A stretch of DNA of 64,000 bases, taken from Dehalococcoidia bacterium. Its GTDB lineage: Bacteria; Chloroflexota; Dehalococcoidia; Lucifugimonadales; UBA2985. The number at the start of each line of letters is the position of its first letter. Position 1 is the first letter of the stretch. This document shows positions 55,797 through 64,000 of this stretch, piece by piece. The stretch lies in the NCBI GenBank assembly GCA_965204895.1, contig OZ242025.1:428902-492901 (forward strand). The letters are read 5' to 3'. The position numbers were made by a program, and so were the translations under genes. Below the pieces are notes generated by a model, which saw nothing but the letters and a program-made list of their open reading frames with translations, was not told the DNA's origin and searched no databases.

Positions 55797-56627
55797 TCAG
55801 GCCCCGATCTTGACCCCTCCCTGGCAGGCCCTGCGCAGTGTCTCTATCGCGGACAGCAGGGCCAGGTGGCTGGTCATGGGGTTGTCCGGATGCGGCACGT
55901 TCTCCATGGTGAAGCGCAGCGTCCCGCTCCTGCCCCGGGCGTAGATCTCGTGGATGTTGCCGCCGGCCTCCGGGTCGGCGACGATGCGCACTTTGGTCCG
56001 CTCCGGCCCTATGCCGGCCAGGCTCAGGACGGAGGCCACGTTGATGTTGAAGGGAAAGCGCTTCACGGCCTCCAGCGCATTGCCCTCGAAGACAACTTGG
56101 GGAGAGGTGACGGCTTCAAACGGCGTACGGTTTGAAGCGGTCACGTCCACAATGGTGCCCGGCGGCTTGCGGGTTGTGAGGGTGACCTCCTCCAGCTCGT
56201 CCCGGGCCGCACGTATTGCGTCGATGCCGCCAACTGCGCCGGAGGGCGCGTACACAAGGCATCCCTTCTCGTCGGCCAGGGCCGACAGCCTGGAAAGCAG
56301 CCCGCCGTCCAGGAGCGCGCCCGTGCTCATCACCAGCAGGTCTTTGCCGAAGGAGAGGGCGGCCTCCCCGTAGCGGCGCACGGCGTCCTGGGAGGCGGCC
56401 TCCACCACCATGTCCACGCGCTCGTCGGCCAGGAGCTCGTCAAAGGAAGCGGCGGCTTCAGGGTTGGAGGCCAGACTCTGAGCCACAGCCCGGGCGGCGT
56501 CGCCGTCCTGGTCGTACACGGCGACCAGCGCCGCGTCCGGGACTTTGCCCTGGTCGACGGCCATAGCAAGGCCGCGGCCGATGGCCCCGCATCCCAGTAG
56601 ACCTATACCCTGCTCTGCCCTGGTCAT
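55797..56627 (-). CDS. nadX: L-aspartate dehydrogenase
   Basis: IGLLGCGAIGRGLA Rossmann motif, PSGAVGGIDAIRAA, and the C-terminal NPMTSHLALLSAIETL, typical of NadX. Confidence 0.8.
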   Translation of the reverse strand: MTRAEQGIGLLGCGAIGRGLAMAVDQGKVPDAALVAVYDQDGDAARAVAQSLASNPEAAASFDELLADERVDMVVEAASQDAVRRYGEAALSFGKDLLVMSTGALLDGGLLSRLSALADEKGCLVYAPSGAVGGIDAIRAARDELEEVTLTTRKPPGTIVDVTASNRTPFEAVTSPQVVFEGNALEAVKRFPFNINVASVLSLAGIGPERTKVRIVADPEAGGNIHEIYARGRSGTLRFTMENVPHPDNPMTSHLALLSAIETLRRACQGGVKIGA

Positions 56628-56709
56628 TCAGCTCCTCCGGCAACATCTTATCAGGTCTGGCCCGCAAGGTGTATACGCCTGCGGAAAGAGGCTCTCAAAA
56701 CCGTGGTTG

Positions 56710-56737
56710 TTGTATTCTACACGCATTCGTGTAAAAT
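56710..56737 (+). promoter_or_regulatory. candidate promoter giving a leaderless HTH mRNA
   Basis: TTGTAT (56710-15)-N16-TAAAAT (56732-37). The ATG lies 6 nt after the -10 and there is no SD. Confidence 0.45.
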
Positions 56738-56743
56738 ACGGGT

Positions 56744-57016
56744 ATGGAGTACAGGAGAAGAAGGAGGCAGAGCCGCCAGTGGGACGCCGAGAGGGTGAAG
56801 GCGTTGAGGGACCACCTGGGCCTCACCCAGCAGCAGATGTCGGAGGAGCTGGGCACCCGGCAGCAGACCATCAGCGAGTGGGAGAGGGGGATGTACAGGC
56901 CCCGGGGCGTCTCCCGCACCATGCTCAACATCATAGCCGACCGGGCGGGCTTCGGGTACGACGCAGGCTCCCCGGGGGAGTCCGGCAAATCGGATGAGGA
57001 GACGGTGGCGGGTTGA
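56744..57016 (+). CDS. XRE-family helix-turn-helix protein
   Basis: LRDHLGLTQQQMSEELGTRQQTISEWERG is a classic HTH_3 pattern. Confidence 0.8.
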   Translation: MEYRRRRRQSRQWDAERVKALRDHLGLTQQQMSEELGTRQQTISEWERGMYRPRGVSRTMLNIIADRAGFGYDAGSPGESGKSDEETVAG

Positions 57017-58428
57017 GACGGACAACGCAGACGACCGCCGCCGCGCCCGGAGCCGGTGGTCTGAAAGACGGCCCAGGGCCCCGCGCGCCTAGAGACAGGA
57101 CGCTTTCTGACAGGGGCGCGGTCAAGGCGGCGAACAGGGACATCCGGGAGATCCAGGTGTCGGAGTGGTGGCGCAGCGGCGCCATCAGGACGGTGGTCAC
57201 CACGGAGGGACGCCCGCTGCGGGTGCTCTACCCCGGGCGGCACGCGCCCCACGCGGGGCCGGACTTCCGGGATACCCTGCTGATCACGGAGGAGGGCGAC
57301 CTCATCCGGGGAGACACGGAGGTGCACCTGAAACGGGGCGACTGGGACGGCCACGGCCACCGGGGAGACCCCCGCTACGAAAGGGTGGCGCTCCACCTGT
57401 TCCTGAGAGGCGGGGGCAGGCCGCCGGAGGCGGGGTCGCAGGTGCAGGAGGTGCTGCTGGACCAACGGGCGGAGGGCCTGGCGCGGTCGGGGAAAGGCCA
57501 GCGGCACACCGGCCCCCAGCAGGGAGCCGCGCCGTTGGAGCGCCTAAGAAGGCTGAACGCGTCGGAGCTGGAGCGGGCGCTGGAGGAGGCGGGCGAGCGG
57601 CGCTTCCTGGGCATGGCCTGCGCCTACACAAAGCGACTCAGGGCCGGAGACGCTCAGGAGGAGCTGTACGCGGGCGTAATGGAGGCGCTGGGGTACAGCC
57701 AGAACAGCGCCCAGATGGAGCTGCTGGCCAGGGGCCTTCCCCTGCGGCGCTTGTTTGAGACGGCCGGCAAGGGGTGTGACGCCCCCACCCTGGAGGCCGT
57801 TCTCCTTGGGGCGGCGGGGCTGCTCCACCGGCAGCTCAGCCTGGGAATCGATGACGACGCCGGAGATGAGAGCCGCAGCCGGGAGATGGAGCGCGCATGG
57901 CGGTCGGCCGGGGCGCCGGTCGCGGTCTCCCGGGGCGCGTGGAGCTACGCCGGGATGAGGCCACACAACAGGCCCGCCCGCCGCCTGGCCGGGGCCGCGG
58001 TGCTGATATGGAGGCACCGGGACACCGGGCTGCTGGAGGGGTTTGAAAACGCGCTCCGGAGTGAAAGGGTCTCTGACCTGGAGAGGGCGCTGGTGGTGGA
58101 GGACGGGCAGGAGGGCCAACTGACTGACACTCGCTCCCTCAAGAGCCGGACGCCGGCCCTGATAGGGAGAGCGCGGGCCAGGGACGTGGCCGTCAACGTG
58201 ATGCTGCCCTTCTTCTACGCCAGGGCGCACATGCTGGGGGACGCGGCCCTGGGCAGGCTGTGCCTGGAGCGCTACCGGGGCTTCCCGCCTGGCCAGGAGA
58301 ACGAGATCACCCGGGAGATGAAGACGCTCCTGGGCATGGCCGCGGGAAAGGGGCCCGCGGTGGACTCGGCCAGGAGGCAGCAGGGACTGATTCACCTGTA
58401 CCGGGTGCTGAGCGGGCAGGCGGCGTGA
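57013..58428 (+). CDS. DUF2851 family protein
   Basis: EWWRSGAIRTVVTTEGRPLRVLYPGRHAPHAGPDFRDTLLI...GDTEVHLKRGDWDGHGH..DPRYERVALHL matches DUF2851. The start is uncertain: a TTG at 57013 overlaps the HTH stop, and a GTG lies near 57157. Confidence 0.65.
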   Translation: MRRTTQTTAAAPGAGGLKDGPGPRAPRDRTLSDRGAVKAANRDIREIQVSEWWRSGAIRTVVTTEGRPLRVLYPGRHAPHAGPDFRDTLLITEEGDLIRGDTEVHLKRGDWDGHGHRGDPRYERVALHLFLRGGGRPPEAGSQVQEVLLDQRAEGLARSGKGQRHTGPQQGAAPLERLRRLNASELERALEEAGERRFLGMACAYTKRLRAGDAQEELYAGVMEALGYSQNSAQMELLARGLPLRRLFETAGKGCDAPTLEAVLLGAAGLLHRQLSLGIDDDAGDESRSREMERAWRSAGAPVAVSRGAWSYAGMRPHNRPARRLAGAAVLIWRHRDTGLLEGFENALRSERVSDLERALVVEDGQEGQLTDTRSLKSRTPALIGRARARDVAVNVMLPFFYARAHMLGDAALGRLCLERYRGFPPGQENEITREMKTLLGMAAGKGPAVDSARRQQGLIHLYRVLSGQAA

Positions 58429-59237
58429 TGGAGCGGGACGCGGCCAGCATCGAGGTGCCTGTGGAAGGCCTGCCCATGATGGCTGGCGAGAGCGTCGACG
58501 TGGCCTTCGGGGAGAAGGGTGGAGCGGGCGCGGCCGTAGACGGAGAGAGGAACGCCCTGCTGCTCACCGACCGCAGGGTTGTCCGGCTCTCCAGGACAAA
58601 GGCGGGGCTCTCGGCGACGTTCCTGTCCCTGGGAGACGTCTTTAGCGCGGAGGTGGCGCACAGGTCCAGGGGCGTGAAGCGCCTGCTGAGAATGGCGATA
58701 CTGCTGGCCGGGGCCGGGGCCGCCCTTACCGCGGTGGAGTGGCCACCCCTGTCCTGGGGGCTGGCTGCGCTACTGGGGCTGGGGGCGCTGCACCACCTGT
58801 ACCAGTTCGTCTCAGTCTCCCATGAGGGATCCATCCTGTTCCGGGCCGCCCGGCAGGAGGTGAGCATACCCTACAGGGGCCGCACCTCCCGGGAGGCCTA
58901 CGACCTGGTCAACAGGTTCTTCGAGCTCAAGGCCGCCTACTCCCCCGCCCTGTTCGGAGGCGACGGCCGCATCGACCGGGACGCGATGATGGAGTGGTCG
59001 TGGCTCGGTGGGGATGGGGAGGACGGCAGAAGGCCGGACGCCCCGGGCGACCTGGTGTGGCTCTGGGGCGTAGAGTCGCCCTACGAGGCGTGGTACATGG
59101 AGAGGGACGTGCCCGTGGCGCAGCTGAGGCTCAGGGAGCGGGCCTACGAGACGTGGTACATGGAGAGGGACGTTCCGGTGTCGGAGCTTCGCTCAAGGGA
59201 GGCGGAGAAGGCGGGCGCCTCCGTCAGCCCAGCTTGA
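58428..59237 (+). CDS. hypothetical membrane protein with a PH/GRAM-like N-terminus and a C-terminal 21-aa tandem repeat
   Basis: The ATG overlaps the DUF2851 stop (TGATG). [13 protein letters not shown]... is followed by two hydrophobic helices. Repeat YE(A/T)WYMERDVPV... Confidence 0.5.
   Translation: MERDAASIEVPVEGLPMMAGESVDVAFGEKGGAGAAVDGERNALLLTDRRVVRLSRTKAGLSATFLSLGDVFSAEVAHRSRGVKRLLRMAILLAGAGAALTAVEWPPLSWGLAALLGLGALHHLYQFVSVSHEGSILFRAARQEVSIPYRGRTSREAYDLVNRFFELKAAYSPALFGGDGRIDRDAMMEWSWLGGDGEDGRRPDAPGDLVWLWGVESPYEAWYMERDVPVAQLRLRERAYETWYMERDVPVSELRSREAEKAGASVSPA
59082..59207 (+). repeat. 63-nt tandem repeat (2 copies) inside the CDS
   Basis: 59082-59144 and 59145-59207 both begin tacgag(g/a)cgtggtacatggagagggacgt. 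Confidence 0.85.
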
Positions 59238-60246
59238 GGCCCGGCTCCACGTCCAGGTCCCAGCCGTTGCCACCGACCCTGTCCTGCTGGAAGTAGCCGC
59301 AGGCCGCGATCATCGCTCCGTTGTCGGTGCAGAGGGCGGGCGACGGGATGAACAGGGGCAGATGGGACTTCTCCCTGAGCATAGCGCGGAGCGCGGAGTT
59401 GGCGGCAACACCTCCGCCCAGCATGATCCCCCGGACGTCGTGCTTCCTCGCTGCGTTCAGGGTCTTGGTGGTCATCACGTCGGCCACGGAGGTCTGGAAG
59501 GCGGCGGCCATCTCCCGCACCAGGTAGGGGTCCGGGTCTGAGTCGTCGACGGGAGGGTATACGCCCTGGGCCCTGGCCTTGTGCAGGAGGGCGGTCTTGA
59601 GGCCGCTGAAGCTGAAGTCGTGGGAGCCCCGCAGCCAGGCGCGGGGCAGCATCTCGTCACCGGCAGCGCCCTGGGAGGCCTTCTGCACCTCCGGGCCGCC
59701 CGGGAAGCCAAGTCCCAGTATGCGAGCCGCCTTGTCGAAGGCCTCGCCGGCGGCGTCGTCCCTTGTGCGGCCCAGGAGGCTGTAGCGTCCGTGGTCCTCC
59801 ATCAGGATGAGGTCCGTGTGGCCGCCGGAGGCGATGAGGCACAGGAGCGGGAAGCCCGGTTCCCTCTCCGGGTCTGCACCCTCCAGCCAGTTGGCGTACA
59901 CGTGGCCCTCCAGGTGGTTGACGCCAATCAGCGGCAGGCCCGCGCCCAGGGCCAGGGCCTTGGCCGCGTTCACGCCCACAAGGAGCGCTCCCGCCAGGCC
60001 GGGGCCGTGGGTAACGGCAATGGCGTCGATGTCGCTCCAAGAGAGGTCCGCCCTGCCCAGGCCGGCCTCCACCGTGGGCACAAGCTCCAGGACGTGCTGG
60101 CGGGAGGCCACCTCCGGCACCACGCCTCCGTATCGGGCGTGAAGCTCCACCTGGGAGGCGATGACGTTGGACAGCACCTGGCGGCCGTCCTCCACAACGG
60201 ATATGGCGGTCTCGTCGCAGGAAGTCTCTATACCCATGATTCTCAT
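59224..60246 (-). CDS. tsaD: tRNA N6-adenosine threonylcarbamoyltransferase
   Basis: ORF trimmed to the ATG at 60246. [18 protein letters not shown]... and [19 protein letters not shown] motifs. Confidence 0.9.
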   Translation of the reverse strand: MRIMGIETSCDETAISVVEDGRQVLSNVIASQVELHARYGGVVPEVASRQHVLELVPTVEAGLGRADLSWSDIDAIAVTHGPGLAGALLVGVNAAKALALGAGLPLIGVNHLEGHVYANWLEGADPEREPGFPLLCLIASGGHTDLILMEDHGRYSLLGRTRDDAAGEAFDKAARILGLGFPGGPEVQKASQGAAGDEMLPRAWLRGSHDFSFSGLKTALLHKARAQGVYPPVDDSDPDPYLVREMAAAFQTSVADVMTTKTLNAARKHDVRGIMLGGGVAANSALRAMLREKSHLPLFIPSPALCTDNGAMIAACGYFQQDRVGGNGWDLDVEPGLKLG

Positions 60247-60323
60247 AGCAGGGAGATGATAGCGCGGGCTTCCCGCAGAGTCAATTTGGGCGACGGAAAT
60301 TAGATTTCCCCAAGGCGTCCGTA

Positions 60324-60332
60324 TGCTATAAT
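60324..60332 (+). promoter_or_regulatory. extended -10 element for the DinB-family gene
   Basis: TGcTATAAT. It lies immediately before the track's GTG start (60334), which argues for the downstream start. Confidence 0.45.
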
Positions 60333-60402
60333 CGTGGGCAAGCCAGCGCCGGACGGCCGGTCTCCCATCGGGCTCCGGGCCGCCTCGGAGAAAGGGGTCG
60401 CA

Positions 60403-60921
60403 GTGAACGCGATCGAGTTTATCCAGTCCACCCTGTTCGAGCTTAACCGGAGCTTCGTCAACGAAGTGGAGCCCCTGACCAACGTGCAGATGCTGTACCG
60501 GCCCACTCCTGAGGCCAACTCCATCGCCTTCCTCATGTGGCACTTCACCAGGACTGAGGACAACTCCTTTCACCGGGTGAGCACCGCCGAGGGGACGCCG
60601 TCGGTGTGGGCCAGGGAGAACTGGCACGAGCGCCTTGGGCTGCCGGAGACGGGGTCCGGGACGGGCTTCACGCCGGACCAGGTGGAGGCGCACAGGCCCA
60701 GCAAGGAGGGGCTTGTGGGCTACATGGAGGCCGTGAGAGTGTCGGTGGATGACGGCCTCTCAAAGATGACGGACGACGACCTTGACCGCCCCCTGGACCC
60801 GGACAACCCCAGGCAGACGGTGGGCCGCAACATCCAGAGCATCATAATCGGGCACGGCTTCTTCCACCTGGGTGAGGTGAGGTTCCTGAAGGGGCTGCAG
60901 GGTATGCCCTTCCCGCGGTAG
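60403..60921 (+). CDS. DinB-family (DinB_2-like) protein
   Basis: GTG 60403 with GGAGAAAGGGG upstream. [14 protein letters not shown] ... [13 protein letters not shown] is a His-triad pattern. Confidence 0.7.
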   Translation: MNAIEFIQSTLFELNRSFVNEVEPLTNVQMLYRPTPEANSIAFLMWHFTRTEDNSFHRVSTAEGTPSVWARENWHERLGLPETGSGTGFTPDQVEAHRPSKEGLVGYMEAVRVSVDDGLSKMTDDDLDRPLDPDNPRQTVGRNIQSIIIGHGFFHLGEVRFLKGLQGMPFPR

Positions 60922-60947
60922 GTGGCCCTTGGACAGCCCCCTTGTCG

Positions 60948-61010
60948 TCACTCCCGAGCAGTCGGGAGTCCACGCCACCCCCCACCTGGATTCCTGCCTT
61001 CGCAGGAATG
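60948..61010. repeat. REP-like hairpin pair
   Basis: actcccga-gcag-tcgggagt (60950-60969) and attcctgc-cttc-gcaggaat (60989-61008). Confidence 0.65.
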
Positions 61011-61064
61011 ACGGAAAACGCGGTTCTCCCGGGGAGACGCTGAGACATTCGAGGTCACCCTGAT

Positions 61065-61361
61065 ATGAGCCACAATCACATGCACGTCTACACCGGCATC
61101 CAGTCGGACGACAGCAAGTGGCTGACGGACGAGATGGCCTTCAGCGCGCTGCTGGACTCCATAGCGGCCCAGGAGATAGTCCTGGGCAGGTCGGTTGAGT
61201 GGACGGGCAGCATTGGCGACCCCCGGGAGGAGCCGGGGGGAGTGTGGGTGGTCTACGCCAGGGCCCTGGCGCTGACGGGCAACGGCAACGACGGCTCTCC
61301 CTGTTCGGACGGCAGGGACACCATTGCGTGCGAGGAGCTGAACAGCTACTTCAACACCTGA
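61065..61361 (+). CDS. hypothetical protein
   Basis: 98-aa ORF in the gap between repeats and the CoA-transferase gene. No family recognised. Confidence 0.4.
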   Translation: MSHNHMHVYTGIQSDDSKWLTDEMAFSALLDSIAAQEIVLGRSVEWTGSIGDPREEPGGVWVVYARALALTGNGNDGSPCSDGRDTIACEELNSYFNT

Positions 61362-61495
61362 GGGCAAATCGCCAGGGGGCCTGCCGCAGAGGCTCCGTTC
61401 CGCCGAAATCCTGCGCCTTTACAGGGAAATCGTATATCGAATATGGTATGCTAGACCCCTAACCGCCACTGAGCGCCTTTAACAGGAGGAGAGAT

Positions 61496-64000
61496 ATGGT
61501 AGAGCCCCTCGTATCGCAGCCTCTTTCCGGCCTGCGGGTTGTTGACCTCACTCACGGCATAGCCGGTCCGTACTGCACCAAGCTCCTTGCCGACCACGGC
61601 GCAGACGTAATCAAGATTGAGCGCCCGGGCGATGGGGACTTCGCCCGCGCCAAGGGCCCTTTCCCGGATGACGCGGCCCACCCGGAGAAGAGCGGCCTCT
61701 TCCTCTCCCTGAACACCAACAAGCGGAGCATCACCCTCGACCTCAAGACAACCGAGGGCGTTGAGGCCGTGAAGGAGCTGGTCAAGGGGGCGGACGTCCT
61801 GGTGGAGAGCTTCAAGCCCGGGACAATGGAGCGCCTGGGCCTTGGGTACGACACCCTCTCCGGGATCAACCCGAACCTGCTGATGACGGCCGTGAGCAAC
61901 TTCGGGCAGACCGGCCCCTACCGGGACTACCTCTTAGACGAGATCAACCTGTACGCCATGGGCGGCAGGATGAACGGCTCCGGGCTGCCGGACCGCTACC
62001 CCCTCAAGCTGGGGGGCAACCACTGCCTGTACCAGGCGGGAAACGTCGCTGCTATGGCTACTCTGTTCGCCTGGCACGCCAGGGAGAATCAGGGACAGGG
62101 CGGCCAGTACATAGACATATCCATGTACGAGACCCAGATGGGGTCCATCAACGGGCGTCTTCTGGGGCTGGTTCAGTACCAGTACAACGGCGAAAAGGGG
62201 AAGCGCCTGGGGCCCATAAGGGCGGGATATCCGGGCGGCATCTACCCCTGCCTGGACGGCTACATTTCGGTGTCCGTGGGCGGCGCGCGGTGGCCGGCCC
62301 TCTGCCACGCTCTCGGCAGGCCGGACCTGATCGACAGCTACTACGGCTCGGCTATGGGACAGGTTGACCTGGACGCCCGGGACGAGTTTGAAGGGACCGT
62401 CTGGCTCCCCTGGCTGTTTGAGAGGACCATGAAGGAGATAGTGGAGACCGGCCAGGCCAACGAGATGCTCATCTCCCCCATTGTGACCATTGACTTTGCG
62501 ATGGACGACCATCCGCAGCTGGCCTTCCGCAACTACTTCCAGGAGATAGACCACCCGGTGGCGGGCAAGTTCCGCTACCCCGGCGCGCCCATATTCAACC
62601 AGCACGGCTGGTGGAACATCCACAGGCCGGCCCCCACCCTGGGCCAGCACAACGCGGAGGTGCTGGAGGGAGAAAAGGGAGTGGCAGGCGCGTGGGACGG
62701 CTCAGAGCCAAGGGATGCTGGAGGCGGCTCCGCGACGGCTGCGGGAGAGAAGAAGCTGCCCCTGGAGGGCGTCCGTGTTGTGGACATGACCGTCATATGG
62801 GCGGGCCCCTACGGCACCATGCACCTGGCTGACATGGGTGCAGAGGTAATCAGAGTGGAGACCCTCCAGCGCATGCCGCCGGGCCGCGGCCAGTTCGCGC
62901 GACCCGACCCGGATGCGGAGAAGAAGCGGGCCGTCTCCTCCTACCCCGACCGGGATCCCGGCGAGCGCCCCTGGAACCGGGCCGCCAACTTCAACATGCA
63001 CGCCCGGAACAAGCTCAGCATGACCCTGGATCTGAACTCCGACATGGGCCTGGAAACCTTCCGCCGCCTGATTGAAGAGAGCGACCTGTTCATCGAGAAC
63101 AACGCCTTTGGGTCAATGGCGAAGCTGGGAATCGACTACTCCGTGGTCAGCCAGTGGAACCCGCGGCTCATAATGATCTCCACCTGCGGCTTTGGGCAGA
63201 CGGGCCCGTGGAACTACTACCGGGGCATTGGGACCCAGTTCGAGTTCGCCATAGGCCACGCATCGGTCATGGGCTACCCGGACATGGACTTCGAGGGCTC
63301 GCCGGGTTCCGTGGCGACGGACGCTTCCACCGGGGTCACCATAGCCATCGCCGCCATAATGGCGCTGAAGCAGCGGGAGAAGACGGGCAAGGGCATGTTT
63401 GTGGACGTTGCGCTGGCTGAGAACTTCCTCCCCCACCTGGGCGAGCTTTTTATGGAGTACAGCATGACCGGCCGCGTGCCGGGCACTCCGGGCAACAGAG
63501 ACCACCTGCGCCAGGACGTGCAGGGCTGCTATCAGGTGGCCGGAGACGACGAGTGGATCACCATTTGCATAGGCAAGATTGAGCAGTGGCACTCCCTCTG
63601 CCACCTCATGGACAAGCCGGAGCTTATAGAGGACGAGCGCTTCGCGGACATGGCCTGTCTTTGGGCCAATCACAACGACTTTGACCGCATCGTCTCCGAG
63701 TGGACGGCGGACAAGGACAACTTTGAGCTGTTCAACCGGCTTCAGAAGGCGGGCATAGCCGCAGGCCCGGTGGTGCACGAGGCCCACGCCTACGCCGACC
63801 CGCACATGAAGGAGCGCGGTTTCTTTGTGGAGATCAACGCGCCTGAGGTGGGCACGCACAGGTACCCCGGCGTCACCTACAAGATATCCGGGATACCCTA
63901 CGAGGTACGCAAACCTCCCGTGAGGCTGGGCGAGGACAACGACTACGTCTATCGAGAGGTGCTTGGCCTGACTGAGGAGGAGTACGACCACCTGAAGGAG
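61496..64000 (+). CDS. fused tandem family-III CoA-transferase (two CaiB/BaiF-type modules), 3'-partial at the window edge
   Basis: Not in the ORF track. I translated all 835 codons from ATG 61496 (AGGAGGAGAG SD) and found no stop. Module 1: LSGLRVVDLTHGIAGPYCTKLLADHGADVIKIERP. Module 2: LEGVRVVDMTVIWAGPYGTMHLADMGAEVIRVE. Both contain GFGQTGP-type motifs. Confidence 0.85.
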   Translation, partial: MVEPLVSQPLSGLRVVDLTHGIAGPYCTKLLADHGADVIKIERPGDGDFARAKGPFPDDAAHPEKSGLFLSLNTNKRSITLDLKTTEGVEAVKELVKGADVLVESFKPGTMERLGLGYDTLSGINPNLLMTAVSNFGQTGPYRDYLLDEINLYAMGGRMNGSGLPDRYPLKLGGNHCLYQAGNVAAMATLFAWHARENQGQGGQYIDISMYETQMGSINGRLLGLVQYQYNGEKGKRLGPIRAGYPGGIYPCLDGYISVSVGGARWPALCHALGRPDLIDSYYGSAMGQVDLDARDEFEGTVWLPWLFERTMKEIVETGQANEMLISPIVTIDFAMDDHPQLAFRNYFQEIDHPVAGKFRYPGAPIFNQHGWWNIHRPAPTLGQHNAEVLEGEKGVAGAWDGSEPRDAGGGSATAAGEKKLPLEGVRVVDMTVIWAGPYGTMHLADMGAEVIRVETLQRMPPGRGQFARPDPDAEKKRAVSSYPDRDPGERPWNRAANFNMHARNKLSMTLDLNSDMGLETFRRLIEESDLFIENNAFGSMAKLGIDYSVVSQWNPRLIMISTCGFGQTGPWNYYRGIGTQFEFAIGHASVMGYPDMDFEGSPGSVATDASTGVTIAIAAIMALKQREKTGKGMFVDVALAENFLPHLGELFMEYSMTGRVPGTPGNRDHLRQDVQGCYQVAGDDEWITICIGKIEQWHSLCHLMDKPELIEDERFADMACLWANHNDFDRIVSEWTADKDNFELFNRLQKAGIAAGPVVHEAHAYADPHMKERGFFVEINAPEVGTHRYPGVTYKISGIPYEVRKPPVRLGEDNDYVYREVLGLTEEEYDHLKE

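Noticed and set aside
61934-63991. Minus-strand ORFs 61934..62650 and 63113..63991, the only large ORFs the track offers at the right edge.
   Set aside because: They are antisense to the unlisted 835-codon CoA-transferase frame, which has clear family motifs in both halves.

Overview
High-GC bacterial chromosomal segment. My spot counts of 60-nt lines give about 65-68% GC in housekeeping genes. All calls come from reading the sequence and the supplied ORF track by eye, so family assignments rest on recognised motifs and many start codons are my re-estimates. Left to right: (1) a minus-strand isoprenoid block with a polyprenyl synthase, yjbQ, hpnC-hpnD-hpnE (three-step squalene synthesis), a class II aldolase and a GalE-like epimerase. 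(2) sbcD, followed by a 5.6-kb accessory island (about 7998-13622) packed with toxin-antitoxin-like modules and a low-GC AIPR (abortive-infection family) gene. (3) glyQS and a DUF805 gene. (4) A T-box leader in front of ilvB-ilvN-ilvC-leuA. (5) Two DppB-type permeases, a truncated acyl-CoA dehydrogenase, and Fur plus a YceI lipoprotein. (6) A circularly-permuted ATP-grasp / transglutaminase / alpha-E triad. (7) A stand-alone dnaN. (8) A complete caa3 oxidase operon (ctaC-D-E, a subunit IV::azurin-like fusion, ctaG, ctaA, ctaB, sco). (9) An alpha/beta hydrolase, a HEAT-repeat protein and a lower-GC two-gene module ending in a PaREP1/HEPN-like protein. (10) valS, a GNAT, polX with a coupled unknown gene, secA and prs, flanked by two DUF385 (F420-type) reductases. 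(11) A VOC protein, a cNMP-binding protein preceded by two CRP-like sites, and nadX. (12) A leaderless XRE HTH gene, a DUF2851 gene and a membrane protein. (13) tsaD and a DinB-family gene. (14) An 835-codon open frame (fused double family-III CoA-transferase) that runs off the right edge and is absent from the ORF track. Intergenic regions carry several families of REP-like hairpins. I saw no rRNA, tRNA, CRISPR array, integrase or transposase. The gene content fits an aerobic Chloroflexota (SAR202/Dehalococcoidia-like) genome, but that is inference only.
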